Made by a program: the position numbers and the translations under genes. The notes beneath the pieces are model-generated. The model searched no databases. It saw only the letters and a program-made list of their open reading frames with translations, and was not told where the DNA came from. Shown piece by piece: positions 12,746 through 28,735 of a DNA stretch of 64,000 nucleotides (position 1 is the stretch's first letter; each line of letters begins with the position of its first letter). This stretch comes from the human T2T-CHM13v2.0 reference genome, Homo sapiens: the NCBI RefSeq assembly GCF_009914755.1, contig NC_060930.1, one strand, 5' to 3'.

Positions 12746-15700
12746 TTCCAGAAAAAAAAGGAGGTATGTATTAATTTTATCCTTACATGCTCTCTGTAAA
12801 AAGGTTTAAGAATCTAACAATTAAAGTCAAGTAATTGCTTAAGTTAAAAAAATTCAAAAAAATTCCTATAAAAGGACAATTATGAAAACAAGTTAGGAGA
12901 CAGAATTACTAAGTCAAAGTTAGGCAAAAACATCACAAAATAAGACTGGTGTGTTTAACTGTATTTTATAATTTGTAATGTGCACCTGATATAATCTGAT
13001 TAAAAGTACCATATATGGGTGTAATTTAACTTTGAGGTCTATCACTCTGAATGAATTTTACATAAATATTGGCAAAGGCTTTAATATTCTACAAAATTAC
13101 TGATAAGGAAAAGCGAAGCTAATCCATGTAGTTAGTTTGGTTCACGTGACTACGTTTCCCATGTTTAAGAGTAATAATATCTAATAATAAAATCGAATAA
13201 ACTTAAACCTCAAATCATATTCCTCTCAATTAGTACTTGTGTTTTTCAGTTTTTAAACCTGGTAACAGTTTCCCACATTTCTGCCTATTGAAGACTGTTA
13301 AGATGATCTTATATTCTTATTCTGGCTATAGGTTCTTGACATAATGCATTTTCTCTTCCTGCCGTGAAAATTTTGGATAATCAAGACCTTTATGTAGACA
13401 TCCGATAAAAATTATTCCAAGGTGAAGGTCTGAGTCATGTCAAACACTGCCAGAAATATATCTTCAGCTAGACATCAATCAACTGTTGGATGCAGTTATT
13501 CAACCAGTTATTGATCCAATTACATATTCTAAAACCTAAATTCTATTTATCTTGTACTGTACGATATTGAGAAATGACCCTGCAAGGTGCCATACTCAAG
13601 GTCACTTGCTATGGCTTTGGATTTCATGGATCTAATAGTCTGTCCAGTGAGCCTGTTTAAGAAACAAATCTGGTTTGTTAGTTAATCCATGAAGGATACC
13701 AGTGACTGCTATGTCCTTGTCTTTAATAAATCTTGCTCTGGAACATCACACCACCACCATCACTAGTTCTCAAGTCACCATCTTCTCTGTTTGAAAACCA
13801 GAACCACATTCGAATTTCCAACATATAATTCTTTCTCTCTCCTTTTCAAAGTTAAGTTTAAATAATTTAGAAACCTTAATTTGAGGTCTCTTTCAGTATT
13901 CTAGGTTGTATTATGTTTTTAGGCCAAAAGATTGAAATTTAGACCCTTTAGTTAACTCTTTATAGATTCATAGATGAAAAGGACTAAGAAGATAAAAATT
14001 CTCCCACCACACCAAATTGGTTGGCTATCCTGCAGAAATCAGAAAGACCTGGGATTGAAGGCTGATTTGGAAGCCATCTGAGTTTGAGGTCCCAGATAAC
14101 TAATTTATTCTGAGTCTTGGTTTTGTCATACGTAGAAAGGGACAATGAATTCCTCCATGATGTAAAGCAATGTACACAATAGCTGGTAACGCACTCAACA
14201 GACACTCAATAGACAGCTGTTGCCACTACCACTGTGCAGCTCAGCCTAAACGAACTAAAACCTACCTTCCCAGGGTCACTGGAAAATCAGAAACTTTAGA
14301 ATCATAAATACTCATCTTCTTTGGCCCATATGAGGTCTTATTTCTCAAGGGCTTAAAAATCCTCTTTTGAAATATAGAAGTTGACCAACTTCCTTTGGGG
14401 CTTGATATATTTTGTATGAAATCTGGATTTTCAAAAGTGAATTTCTACAAATGAGGGTCTCAGGCCATTTTTATAAACTTCTGATTCTAATTTCCATTAA
14501 ATAATAAATTTAAATGAATACATTCTTATTAATAGTCATAATGTTCTGAAAGTTTTCTACCGACTTACCCTAATGACAGAGGGGGTATTTGCAGCAGGGG
14601 GAAGACAGTAGGCAGACAAAGCAGCCTGTAACACTAAATCTTGTGAGATTTATCCTAACAATTAATGTGAATTTTGCAGTCTACCTATCTGAGTTTGTTT
14701 TAAAATAAAAGTAACTTCCCTTTTAAATCTTTAGGATTGCATTCCAGTATGCCCCATGTATTCAGTGGCTTCTAGTACACAGTCTTACATCAGTGGCAGT
14801 TTAAGAAGTACATCCCGTCTTTTATTTAAATTCCATGTACCTATTAGTTAATGTCAACTGATAAGCAAGAGGAGATTGGAAGTTTTTGGTTAAGACCAAC
14901 CAATAAAAAAATCAGAATTGGAGAAATTGTTCTTTCATTTTGATTTACTTATAGCAATGACCACTTAATCAAAGAACACACTAAACCAGATTCATCTAAA
15001 TTGAATTCATATAAATTGAATAAAATACATGGTATGCCTAAATTTACACCTAAAATCAAGAGATGAGTATTACAAATCATGAAAAAATTATGCCTCAGTA
15101 CTAATCTCTATTATTGTCTTGGGTGTTTGAGATTGATAACTTCCACCTTAGATCTATCCCTTTTCCATATGTTTTTGTCTACTCATTTACTATACATGTA
15201 TGTAAATTTACGAGATAAAGTGACAAAGACTGCTAACATGAAAAAGAGAGTCTAATATATAAATTATTTTGTATGCTTCCCTCCTTCAATCCTAACATCA
15301 TGCTCCATCTCTCTGCAAAGAAAGGCTTCTTCTAAACCAACATACCATGAGATCATGGACAGGAAGTATCTAACCCCATCTAGGCAACAGAGAAAATGAA
15401 CACGTCAAAATCTGTTTCCAAATGAGTACCTGAAAGACCAACCTCTTCACACTAGACAAGACAGCACTTTAAACAACTCTAAAATTTGATATTTTTATAG
15501 GCAACTTATTCACCAAAATTAGCTATACGATGACGTATTTTAATAGATTTCACTAAGTGAAATAACAGGCTTGACAATGAAAATAACAAATTTTAGTTTT
15601 GGAGCAGATTCAGCCAGTTTCCTTTTGCTTGAGGAGCTATATCGAGATGCAAGCTTTCCCTGAGGAACAGATAAATTGTTTCTTTGGATCTTCAAGCCTT

Positions 15701-17950
15701 ATGATGTTTATTTAGAGTCACACTTATATTAGAATTCTCCTTATTATCTTATGATTCCATACAGCATGACAGATCTGATTGATTGCATTAAATGGAAAAA
15801 TATTTCTTGGAAAAGAACTTATCAGACATATTTAAATTCTATTCTGAGTGTTTGATTTTCAGAGTGAACTAAAAGTGTAATAGTTTTTGTTTTTAAAAGG
15901 ACAATTCTCCGATCTCTACAATCAGAGACTACTCTTTTGCTGGCTATTCCTCCAAACTCTGTATCAGCTTTCTACTTAGTGAATTATGAGCCTGGGGTAC
16001 GGGACTATTATCATACATGAGAATCAAGCAAGCTTTAATAACTGCCCACTACATACCAATGCAATATTTCTGTTTAATATTAACTGTTTCACCAAAATCC
16101 AATGTAAATAACAACTGCTCCATTACTAACACATGATAACGATACTTTAATCAATGGCTTTGTTAGAAGCAACATGAGACTTTTCAAAACCATTGATTAA
16201 AGACTGGTAACTACCAATAAGCCTTGCCTATGTTTAGGCTTAGCATACACCTTTATTTATAAATGATACTTCAAAGTGTGTGCTGGATTAACACTTTGAG
16301 GATTAAAAGTATACAACTCCTTTAAACGATTAAATTGCAATATTTCACAGTGTAAGTCAGTCTGTCACAGTGTGTCCTGGCAGCCTTTGGTTTCCTATTT
16401 AAGCAACATGACAAATCTCTTAAGACTGCTAACAAAGTCCAAGTTCTGTGGGCCACAAAGATATGCAAATACCTCTCTTCTCTATGTTAATAGACTGGTT
16501 TTACCATGCAGGTCCAGAGGCTCTCAAGCAGCAGTCCTAATTACCATCAGAGAGAACAGCACAGTATCCTCTGAAAACCAAAACCCAAATCATCACTCTT
16601 GGTAGGTATTCCCTAGCATTCAGATGGAACACACTCAATAACTTCATTTAACAGGATAATTAATTTAGTTATCTGCGCCCATCAGGATGTAATGTGGCTC
16701 TAAAACAGACCTTTCTCAGGAGCAACACTAAGGCAAAAGTAACTTCTTTCATACTCTATGGCATGGAACTCTGGACCTAAGCCAGTACTCAGTCATGCAT
16801 TTGAGAAGATCCAAAGTTGCTTCTTGAAGTCAACATATATCCTCCTGACAGGGAACCCTACAACTTACTTTCTTGAAAAGTAGGAGGGCATTCCAACTGG
16901 GTATGCAAACAATCTGGATCTTAACATTAAAGAAAAAAAAAAGTCACTGTTGCCACCAGAACTTCTGTTCTCCAAAACACAAAGTGTTCATTACAACTAA
17001 AGGCATGATCCAGATGCTTGCCAAAGATCACAATTACAGGGTGTTGCTAGTTAGTGTCCACAGCAGGCTGATCATCTATCCTTTGCCATTCTCAAGGCTC
17101 TGCCTCTCATACTGAGATATCGCTTTACTGCAGTCCAGAAATACAGCTTTAAGGAAAATTTTAACACAGCTTTAGCTTTTACAGAGGGTTAATACAAGAA
17201 ATTGTTATCTGGAGAAAAATTCTACATATTCCATAAAATTCATTACAGAAGATAGTCTTCAATATTTCTCATGTGAGGTTCTAGGTAACCAATAATGTTT
17301 TAAGTGCCAGTAAAAGAACACAATTGAAATTAGAAATGCCCAAATAGGAAACCCTTGATCATTTGTTCTTATGCAACTGATCTTCCTGTTATCAGGGGCC
17401 ACTACAAATCTGTTCTGGAAATAGGTTAGGTAATAACAGGTAGACCAAGTGACTTGAACTCCAGATCATCTGTAACTATATAAACAGATGACACAATACA
17501 GCTACCCTTGCACCTGAGCTTTTCTTCCAGCTGAGTATAGCACAGACTGTCAGGAAGTAGGATAAGATGGCTTAACTTCTCATTCATTTAACAAATATTT
17601 ATCAAATCACTATTGAACAATAAACTCTAATTAGTAATCTAATATTAAGATGACATGCCTAACCTCAGAGGACTCAAATTCTCTGACTGCGTATATATTT
17701 CTCAACTCTTTGCATTTCTTCTCCAATTAAAAAAACACAAGGTCATTGAGTTAGGCAGACTGTGTTCAAACCAGAGATCTTGCTGCATAATTTGGGACAG
17801 CCTAATTAACCACCTATTCATCTATAAATATAGGGAAAAATACCAGTTACTACTCTGTATGCTTGTCACAAAGATTAAACACGATACACCCATGAAAAAA
17901 ATCACCTATCATAATACTTGGTATGTATCACATATTACTAAATAGTTTCC

Positions 17951-18003
17951 TTTTTTTTTTTTTTTTTTGAGACGGAGTCTCGCTCTGTCGCCCAGGCTGG
18001 AGT
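17951..18003 (-). mobile_element. 5'-truncated young Alu fragment (35 nt plus poly-A)
   Basis: T18 followed by GAGACGGAGTCTCGCTCTGTCGCCCAGGCTGGAGT, the Alu consensus 3' end with all CpGs intact. Confidence 0.85.
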
Positions 18004-18171
<168 letters not shown>

Positions 18172-18722
18172 TGACCTCTTTTCATTTCTTCCCTCCTGAG
18201 ATAGCCTGGCTTAGCTAGGGTTCTCTGACTACTTTTCCTGCTAGACTAAATGCTCCATAAGGGTAAATGCCTGATCCTTAGAAGATACTTAGTAAATAAC
18301 ACATGAGTGAATGAAGAGTGACTAACCAAGAATCAGTTTTAGATCCTTTGTCCTAAGATTACTTTGAGTTAAAATTAGAAAATGCATTCATGGAGTCAAT
18401 ACTTAGGGTTTTCTGCTAATATCTATGTGCCTCTACAGATACTTGAACTGAATACAAGCTCCTTCTGTGAAGTCCTTGTTCCTTACTCCCCAGAACATAT
18501 TATCCCAACTTATTTTAAGCCAGATATTAAAGTCATTTGAACTTTGTGCTACCAAGTATGCAAAATGAATCGACTTCCTATGCCCTAATGAAAAGAAAAT
18601 GAGTTTTAGTTAATTACAGTATAAACCAATACAAAACATTTATTTTATACTTTTCAGTGATATAAATTGGATATTTCACATTAACAAATTTATTCTTGAG
18701 TGTAAAATTTGTTTATACTTAG

Positions 18723-19107
<385 letters not shown>

Positions 19108-20393
19108 AACTTTTTAAATAATACCCTTACACTGTCAATTAGAATACCTTATCAGGAAAAAGTGTTAACTAAAATATAAGTAATAATATTTATAAGCTAG
19201 AATGATACTACATGTTATTTAGTATAATTTTTCTTTTTTTTTTGCTAAGGCTTTTTCAATTTCTCCTTTCTTCATATAAATGAGAAAAATTTCTCAATGT
19301 TTTTTGAAGAAAAATCCTGTAATTTTAAAAATAATCATTTGGATTTCTGGATAGAATGGGTGAATATAAGACAAATTCTAATGTGACATATTAAAACCAA
19401 CTAGAATACAGTAAGCTGGAAAACTTCACAATGTAATGATTAGAAAAGTAAGTCAATATACCTCTCCAGAATTTGTATGTTACTATTTTTAATATGGGAA
19501 ACATTATTGTTTGGATATTGTTGACAACATATTTTTTAAAAGGAAAACATGGTAATACCCAAAGAGACCTGCAACAAATATTTTTCAAGACCTCTTATAT
19601 TAAGAAAATAGTATAATAAAGACATTTGAGAAATATGGCTGTAATTTTTTGAAATATGTATATTTAATTTTTATGAATACATAACAGTTGTATATATTTT
19701 AAAATTATATCTTGAAAGGTATAACCCAAAACTATCATTAACAGGCCTAAAATATATATGCAAAAGTCTGCATACTAATTGAGTAAAATTTTATTAAAAA
19801 CTAAAATAAAAATTTAAATAAACAAAGAAAACTTCAAAGTTCAGTATCTTAGCAATAACTCAATGTTAGTCTAATCCTTTCACCTTACAAGTAAGGAAGC
19901 CCAGTAAATTCTTCTCTTCTACATAGTCTGATATCCCCTACTAAATTCATCTTTCCTTCTCCCAAGTCTCCAGGACCCATGGAACACATTCAAGGCATCC
20001 TGTGGTGGTCTGAGGACAGCCAACTGCCTTCTGTTACAGTAACATCTTGTCTGTTACCTTTGCACTTAGTCATTTTAAATAAAACTGCTCCTCATCCTCC
20101 ACCAACCCCAACCTCTGGCCCCAAGTCCAGAGCTCCTCAGACTACCACAGGTTGCACAGGTCGTGAAAAGAAAAAAACCGCTATTATATTTGAGGAGGTT
20201 TGGGGCAACAATGCTACAATTACCAGATGGACCAACCCAAGATTCAGTAAGAAACTTGGACACTATTCATAAGTCAAATGTTACTAAAGTATGCTTTCCA
20301 GTTTTCCATCATTAGTGTTTCAGAGGAATTTAGTTATTATTCCCCTACCCTTTCTTGAAAAGACAGATATCAGTCAGTTTCATATATAGCTAA

Positions 20394-20769
<376 letters not shown>

Positions 20770-21774
20770 CACAGAAGTATTATTAAGAAAGCAAGCCTCC
20801 AAAATGAAACCGTTTTTTTCCAGTGCTTTAATTTTTCATATTTAGCTCTATCAATATCAGCACTACCACAGGTCATTCTAATCAAATAGCTCCATAACCT
20901 TGAGCAAATCACTAGCTCCTTATGCCTGCTCTCTCATGTTTAAAATAGAAGGGTTTAACACATTGATCCCCAAGGTCCCTTAATATTGATCGGAATATTC
21001 TCTCCTTTATATTCTAGATTCAATTATTAGGCAAATTAAACACAGACTCATCTGCCTGTCTTTTAGGTCTCCCAAATGCGGTATATATAGCAATTAATTA
21101 GGGGAGTAGAAACAAAATATTAAACTTTTAATTTATATAAGTTTTTAATTGAAATAGATGAGGGAAAGACTTAGCTTTACTGATCCTTAATATTCTACCT
21201 AACACTGGTGTCCTCATTTGGTCTCTGAGAGAACAAGAGTGCCACAAAGCAGAGGCAACAGCAGGGAAATTCTCTTTGTCCACTTGCAACATACAGCATG
21301 TTACTTGTGCGTGGTGACTGGGATTTACAGAAACTATCAAATGCTTACCCGAAAGACAAGAGACTTTACGAGAATTTCTGCAAAGTAGTCTCAGATTAGA
21401 AATAATACCGATAACACACACTGAAGTGAACGACTAAAAACTTCCATGGCCTACATGCTTTCTTTTCTTAGTATAAGTTCTTTGTCAATATCATTATAAA
21501 GTAAAACAATGACTATCAAATTAGAGCTGATAAGACGTAGTCCTCCCCAGTCAAAATTATCAAGAAGTATTAGAAGTATTCACTATCCTTAATTCTGATT
21601 CTTTCCCTCAGTATACAATGGGCCATGAAATATTTGCTAAGAATGATAGCATACAGAATTTAAAAAATATATCACATATATAATCAATTTATTTTTACTG
21701 AGAGATGAATAAGATCCACAAAATTTGAAGCTTTCTTTACGGGAAAATGAATGCTGCTGCTACTGCTGGATACA

Positions 21775-21985
21775 CCATGACACAGTGTAAAAGCATAAGC
21801 ACTGGAGCCCCATGGACCTACATCAGAATCACAGCTCTTGACACACAACCAGCTGTGCAATCTGGAGTAAGCCTCTGAGGTTAAGATGTTTAATATACAA
21901 AGGTGTGAAATTAATGCCCATCTCATAGAGTTGCAGTGGGACTGAACAAGAATACTAGGCACATGTAGGTCTCAATAAATACTAA
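21775..21985 (+). mobile_element. MIR SINE
   Basis: aagcataagcactggagcc...cagctgtgcaatctgg...agcctct...gtaggtctcaataaat. Confidence 0.6.
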
Positions 21986-22197
21986 TTTCTTTTCTCTTAC
22001 TCTTAATTTGCCAAAAAACAAAGACACACATTTGTGTAGTGAGGACAATTTAAGAATATAGTATAAGATAATAGTATTTGTAGTATCTAAAGTTGCAATA
22101 TTTTTGTTAGGGTACATTATAATACAATAGCAGGGCCCACTACAGAATTTATCCATGTTAACTGAAATTTAAGGACTGAATTAGAAATTCTTATTTA

Positions 22198-22434
<237 letters not shown>

Positions 22435-22538
22435 TTAAACATAGTCTAAAATTCTTTCAATGAAAATATAAAACAGCACCAAACTAAAAATTATCACGGG
22501 CTATCGACTGATATACTAATCTTTAAAGTTTCTTCTGA

Positions 22539-22895
<357 letters not shown>

Positions 22896-23238
22896 TGTGA
22901 TTGCATTCTCTAGCAAGAAAAGAATAGGCCTAAAACCAAGGAGCAACAGACTTTTTAAGACTGATGTAATTACATCAAAGTGCACCTGTGCAAAACTCTA
23001 AATATAATTAGATCTAAAATTGTTTAGTGATAGTTCTAAGAAGACATTACTCTAAAATGAAATTTCACCCCCGTATGAATTCTGACTGATGCTAACTACC
23101 CTCCATCCTCTACAAGTCCTGACCTCTGTGGTTTATTTCCTCTGAATTCCAATGACATGGAGACTTCCTGTTGCCCTGGCATTCATCACCTTCTATCTTG
23201 TATTAAAATTACACGTGTGCATCTTTTAGTCTATAAAC

Positions 23239-23534
23239 TTTTTTTTTCTTTTGAGACAGGGTCTTGCTCTGTCCCCCAGGGTGGAGTACAGTGGTGCAAT
23301 CATAGCTCACTGCAGCCCCAAACTCCTAGGCACAAGTGATTCTCCTGCCTCAGCTTCCTGTGTAGCTGGGATTATACGTGTGTGCCACCATGCCTGGCTA
23401 ATTTTAAAATTTTTTTTGTACAGATGAGTCTTGCTATGTGGCTCAGGCTGGTCTCAAACTCCTGGCCTCAAGCAATCCTCCCACTTTGGCCTTCCAGAGT
23501 ACTAGAATTAGAGTCATGAGGCATGCACTTAGCC
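23239..23534 (-). mobile_element. AluJ, full length
   Basis: Diverged antisense dimer (gcaatcatagctcactgcagcc); TSD TATAAACTT. Confidence 0.92.
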
Positions 23535-23616
23535 TATAAACTTAGAACAAACAAGTCATGTCTTATCTCCAGATTCCTTATGGTGTCCTGTGGAATTGTG
23601 ACAATGATGCCCAATT

Positions 23617-24217
23617 GTAATTGAGTAGTTTAGCTTCAAAACGCAGTTTAAAATGTTTTTCTTTGTCCTTTCTTCCAGTCTCAAGATGTAACCTTGAAAC
23701 AAACTGTAGAAACCTTTTTCCTTAGTCTTAAAATATCCCCTTGAAACATGCTTTGAAACTTCACTCCCCTTTCCCACTATGCACTCCTTCACCCCATGAA
23801 CATTTACGTAATTGTATACTTGGATCTAATATGTGCTTACTAAGAAGTTCCAGGGGCTAATCTTGTGACAGATCAAGCATGGAGACCCAGCTGCAAAACT
23901 TCAGAGACTACCTCAAGGCAGTTAGTCAGCAACCCAGCTATTATTGATATGTCAGCCGCACTCCAGGTAGACTACAGCTAGATACAGCCACCAGAACAAG
24001 ACATGCAGATCTTATACTCAGGCACCCTTCCCATATGCCTCCCAGTCCAAGTCCCATTTTTAAGACCCTCTTCCCAGCCTCAAGTCTGAAGCAGTTTCTA
24101 GAGGAGTAAGCCTGCCACTCCTAGCTTTGGAAATAAAAGTCATTTTCCTTTCACTGAACTTCATCCTTGTTATTGGCTGTGCAAGTGGCAGGCAGCCGAT
24201 CCTGCACTCAGGAGCAC
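23617..24217 (+). mobile_element. ERVL-class solo LTR (MER54/MER73/MER74-like)
   Basis: Starts tgtaattgag; AATAAA near 24132; ends ttggctgtgcaagtggcaggcagccgatcctgc...ca, typical of this LTR group. Confidence 0.65.
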
Positions 24218-26104
24218 AATGAATTGCTGCTGAAAGACTGGGCACTACACTTCCTATATGTAATTAGCACTCTGGACGATCCAAGACCAAATCTATAAAT
24301 ATAATGAAAATTATTTCACTGGCACATGCCTTTCAAATGCCAAGTTAAGAAGTTATCATTAGGAAACTATAAATAATAGAATATTAAAACACTTGATTTT
24401 CAAAAAAGATAAAAATTGTAAATCTTATCTAATAATAATGAGAAAGAAACCTGAAGACCCTTGCATTTTGTGAAATGTTTTACTGTAATCCAATTTCCTT
24501 TAAATTTTTTGAAGCTAGAACTATGGATTCAGAGAGACACTGGAGGGAATATTTTAAAGTGGGCATTTTGAAATATATCAGCTTCATATTTTCATTGACA
24601 TTTCATTTCTAAGTTATTAAGAGCCTTAAGTTAATATTTTTATTTCTTGTATTTTAGCTTTACATGAGTATAATTGGTCAAGCACAAAATACCTCTCTTT
24701 GAGGTGCAGTTTAACTTGAAATCTTTTGTACCACTGAAATCTTGAAATAAATAGTTCTAGTTTCCTGCTTAAGATGGAATTGGGAGATCATGAATACTTA
24801 AGATTTTTTTTATATTCATTAAAGTTGTTTAGGAAGGAACCAGTCTTACTCTGTCTAGGAAAAAGATGGATGCTTCAACATAGCTGGTGAGAAACAACCA
24901 TGAGAAGGAAGCAGACCTGAAGAGCTCCCCAACGGCTAATAACCGGGAAAAGATTCATAACGCCTAATACTTTCTCCAAAAAGGTTGTTTTTAGGGTCAA
25001 GACTCAAAATAACTTAGCTCAAACTAAAAACTATTTCCTAAGAAGCCAGGTGGTAAAGAACTTACATTTTCCTATCCTCTCCCTGGTTTGCTGAGCGAAT
25101 ATATGGGACTACATATTACACAGATAAGAAATTTGGCTGAGAAGTGGGCTAAAGAAATCATTTAAAAGATTTTCTCATCCATAAAAATGAAAACTTTGTA
25201 TGTCTTTGTAACAAGTTCCATTGTATTGGTATTTCTATAATAAGAAAATCATTATGTATCTTATTTTAATTTGAAGATGGAATGAGATTAAATACCATTT
25301 GAATTATTAATATTTCATTTCCTTATGCTAATACCTGAAGCTCTTTTTCTAAGAGCAAGTTCTTGATTATGAAAAGTGTTTTTTACCGAAAATGCCAATG
25401 AAAACCAAAAAGCAAATGTCAGGCCTAAGAGACCTAGTATATTTTTAATGTTCAATAACAAATTTTAAAATCATAAATGTTTTAACAGAGAACCAAATAG
25501 TCCCTCTGATAAAGATTATGGCAATTTAACACATTAACTGATTTCTTAATGGTACCAAAGACTTTTATAGAGATAAAAGCAAAATGGAGTTATAATTTTT
25601 TCAAAAAATGTTATAATAAACAATGAAAAAATAAAGGCCTCTGGCTCTGCATGAGGTTTCAGAGTTTCTCTCTTCAATTCATACCTCCCCTTACCCATGT
25701 TAACTTGGTAGCTGGGTCCTAAAAACACTACTTTAGAAGTGTCTGGAATTACTTCTACTGCCTCTACTTCAGGTATAGGTGCTCTTCATCTCAAAACTGT
25801 GTCACTCTGATAGACCAACAGTCTCTTTTCTTCTACTTTTCCCAGCTCTTTCTACCTGTTCTTGCAAACCCTGCAATGCCTTTCTCCCAACCTGAGGTCC
25901 TACTGGTTCCTCAGAATTTCATGGAAGTATATATTGAACCACCTGGTGCATTGATAAATCACTATTTACATATTATATGCTGTGTACTAGGCAAAGACTT
26001 GTGTAAAGACCTGTGCAAAGACTCGTATTATTTTCATTATCACCAGTGCTACAAGTAAAGCCAAACACATGGAAGGTTCTAAATAAATGGAAAAGCAAAA
26101 TGTC

Positions 26105-26310
26105 AGAATTAAGAGCATGGACTCTAATGTTAGACACACCAGGGTTCAAGTCCCAGCTCTGCCAGTTAGTAGGTGGCTATCTCTGGGAAAACTATTCTCT
26201 GGGCCTCATTTTTCTCACCTATAAAATGTATATTTTAATGAGGCTAAATAAGATAATGCATGAATGGCACTTGGCACACAGTAAGTGCTCAATAAATGTG
26301 TGCTGAAACT
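26105..26310 (+). mobile_element. MIR SINE
   Basis: ttaagagcatggactct...gggttcaagtcccagctctgcca...cctcatttttctcacctataaaatg...ggcacacagtaagtgctcaataaatg. Confidence 0.85.
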
Positions 26311-27116
26311 GTTATTATGTGAATTGCTATTATTTAACATTTTCAGTTAAAGTATAGAAAGTGTTCTATTGTTGAATTCAGAAGTTCCAGAGTAACACTG
26401 TATTCCCTTCATCCTGTTACTTACAGACAAATTTTGAGGATTAGAAAGAAATCAAGTGCAGTAGGAGGATACTGGGCAGCTCTGTGACCCAAAGAATCCA
26501 TGACACCCTTGTGTTACTTAGCTTCCTTACTTCCACAATGGAATGTTATTAATACCCACAGTACCAGTCACAGAGGGCTGCTGTGGGAACCAAATGCAAT
26601 AAAGCTTGCAAAAGTGGATAAATGGAAGTTCAATTAACCTAATCCATCCTCACTTTCTCTTCCATGGTACAAACAGGAGAAACCTATAGCCAAAATTGAG
26701 ATACAGTGAAGATCACCATGGCTGGCTGCCTTGCCCAGATTATCTATAAAGGCACAGCTTTTACCTAACAGGAAGCAGTTAGTGCAGCCCACCAAGTGCT
26801 TCTATGCTAGGAATCACCCCAGAGGCTAAAAGTTATGATACTGCACCCTATAACCATTAAGTGAGAATCTTTAGAAGTATGCCCCAGGCGTCAGTACTCT
26901 TTAAAGTTATGCAGGTTATTCCAGCAGGTTATTCGAACACATAGCCACTACTCTAGCTGAAGGACACACTATGCACAATCCTTATCTAATTCCATCAGGT
27001 GTGCAAGTTTCCTAACCAAATGGCCTGGAGGGCCATATTACACAGACTTCTCCACCATCCATAAGCTCAAGCAATTGGGGAGAAGTTATTGTCACTAAGA
27101 AACCAAAGCACATCTA

Positions 27117-27242
<126 letters not shown>

Positions 27243-28254
27243 TTATAATTTGAATGGAAATGTTTTTGCTACAAAATAGGTAATATATTGAAGAGCAAAG
27301 GCTAAAACATTAAAATTCATTAGTTAAAAGGATGACTAAGTAAAAGAGTTATGATTATATAAACCAGAACACACATGCTCATACAAACATGCTGGTACAC
27401 ATACACACTACCCTTTTATGTTTACAAATGGAAAGTTTTCGTTTTTGAGTCCATTTAATCCTATTTAATGCAAATACCATTTTCAAAAGTCAGTTCCCAA
27501 CAACAGGAATTTAGCTTATCTTAAAAGCATGAACCATGTCACATTTATCTAGTTCATTTTCATAACAGATTAAATCTGCAAAGACTATCTTTAAAATTTA
27601 TATTTCTGCACAAAGTTCTTCTTACTTTGTTGGCCTCACAGCATACAGACAAATATTCAGGTTATCCCTTTAAACCACTTTGATGTTTCCTGACGAAGAC
27701 TATATGGAGAAGTATTTTAAAATATTTACAGGAAATAAAAAATAACACTGTGATTATGCCTAGATTTTGGAAAAACTTGTTTATTTTAATGTAATCAATC
27801 TTTAATTGGATACATGTGTGTATATGTATGTAACTGAAGATTGATCCAGTATATTCCTAATTCAGAGTCTACACACCAATAATGGTTTTAAAAGCCAAAT
27901 CCCTCTGCCATAAATTAGTTGTATAAACTTTTTTCAATGACTCAAAGAACACATATAATTATTTTTGTATGCATATTTTTTAAAAGGATTGGGACTCTTC
28001 AACTGTCTAGAACTCAGTAATCAAAATATGGACATAATTGAAAAAGGTTCCAATCAGGCTCCATATTTTAGAGTATCTTAAAGCATCACACAAAGTTATA
28101 GATATTATTTACGGGCCATTTACCACTCAAAATCTTCATTGAGATCAGTATCATTTTATTAATAACAAAGTTTTCCTATGTTCCTGAACACAACAATCAG
28201 CATCTTTAACCAACTTGTAAATTACCTTCCTAACTCACCACTATTACTACCAAC

Positions 28255-28505
28255 AGTTACCAAGAATCAGTACTATCTGCTAAGTACTCTGCTAAATGCT
28301 ATAACTTTAGTATTGTAACCAATTCTTGCTACAACCCTATGAAATATGTTTTATTACCATTGTTAGGGAGATGAAGAAACTGAGGTTTGGAAGTTAAAAA
28401 ACAACTTTACTCAGTCACCACATTTTTCCACAGACAAGGTGCCAGGGTTCATCTCCAAGCTAGCCTGACTCCAAAGCCCATGGCATTAACCAACACATTG
28501 CATCA
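28255..28505 (-). mobile_element. MIR SINE
   Basis: acaaccctatgaa...gatgaagaaactgagg...cctgactccaaagcccatgg...ttaacca. Confidence 0.75.
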
Positions 28506-28509
28506 CCTT

Positions 28510-28735
28510 CCTTTAATGAGTCAGCAAAAAAAATCTTCCTTTACTGAATCAGATTATTGATCTTTCAACAATCAAAAGAATGTGTATATGGTAGTGTTTT
28601 CAGGATTTTTTTCTTATACATTAATTTTGTTGAGAAGTAAAACAGATTTGAGGGTCACATGACTTGATTTATAATCCCTACAACGCCACTGATGAGTCAC
28701 ATACTTAAGGATGAGTCACAGTTTTTGTGACTCTT
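28510..28735. promoter_or_regulatory. Cluster of AP-1 (TGAGTCA x3) and Maf-type motifs; candidate intronic enhancer
   Basis: TGAGTCA at 28517, 28693 and 28712; the first is extended to ATGAGTCAGCAAAAA. Motif evidence only. Confidence 0.4.

Noticed and set aside
13330-13800. Possible CR1/L3 relic
   Set aside because: Similarity too weak to call from memory.
26755-26790. Minus-strand CTAAC...ttag|gtaaaa recursive-splice-like site
   Set aside because: Branch-point distance and pyrimidine tract are short, the donor is weak and the host intron is only about 4.8 kb.
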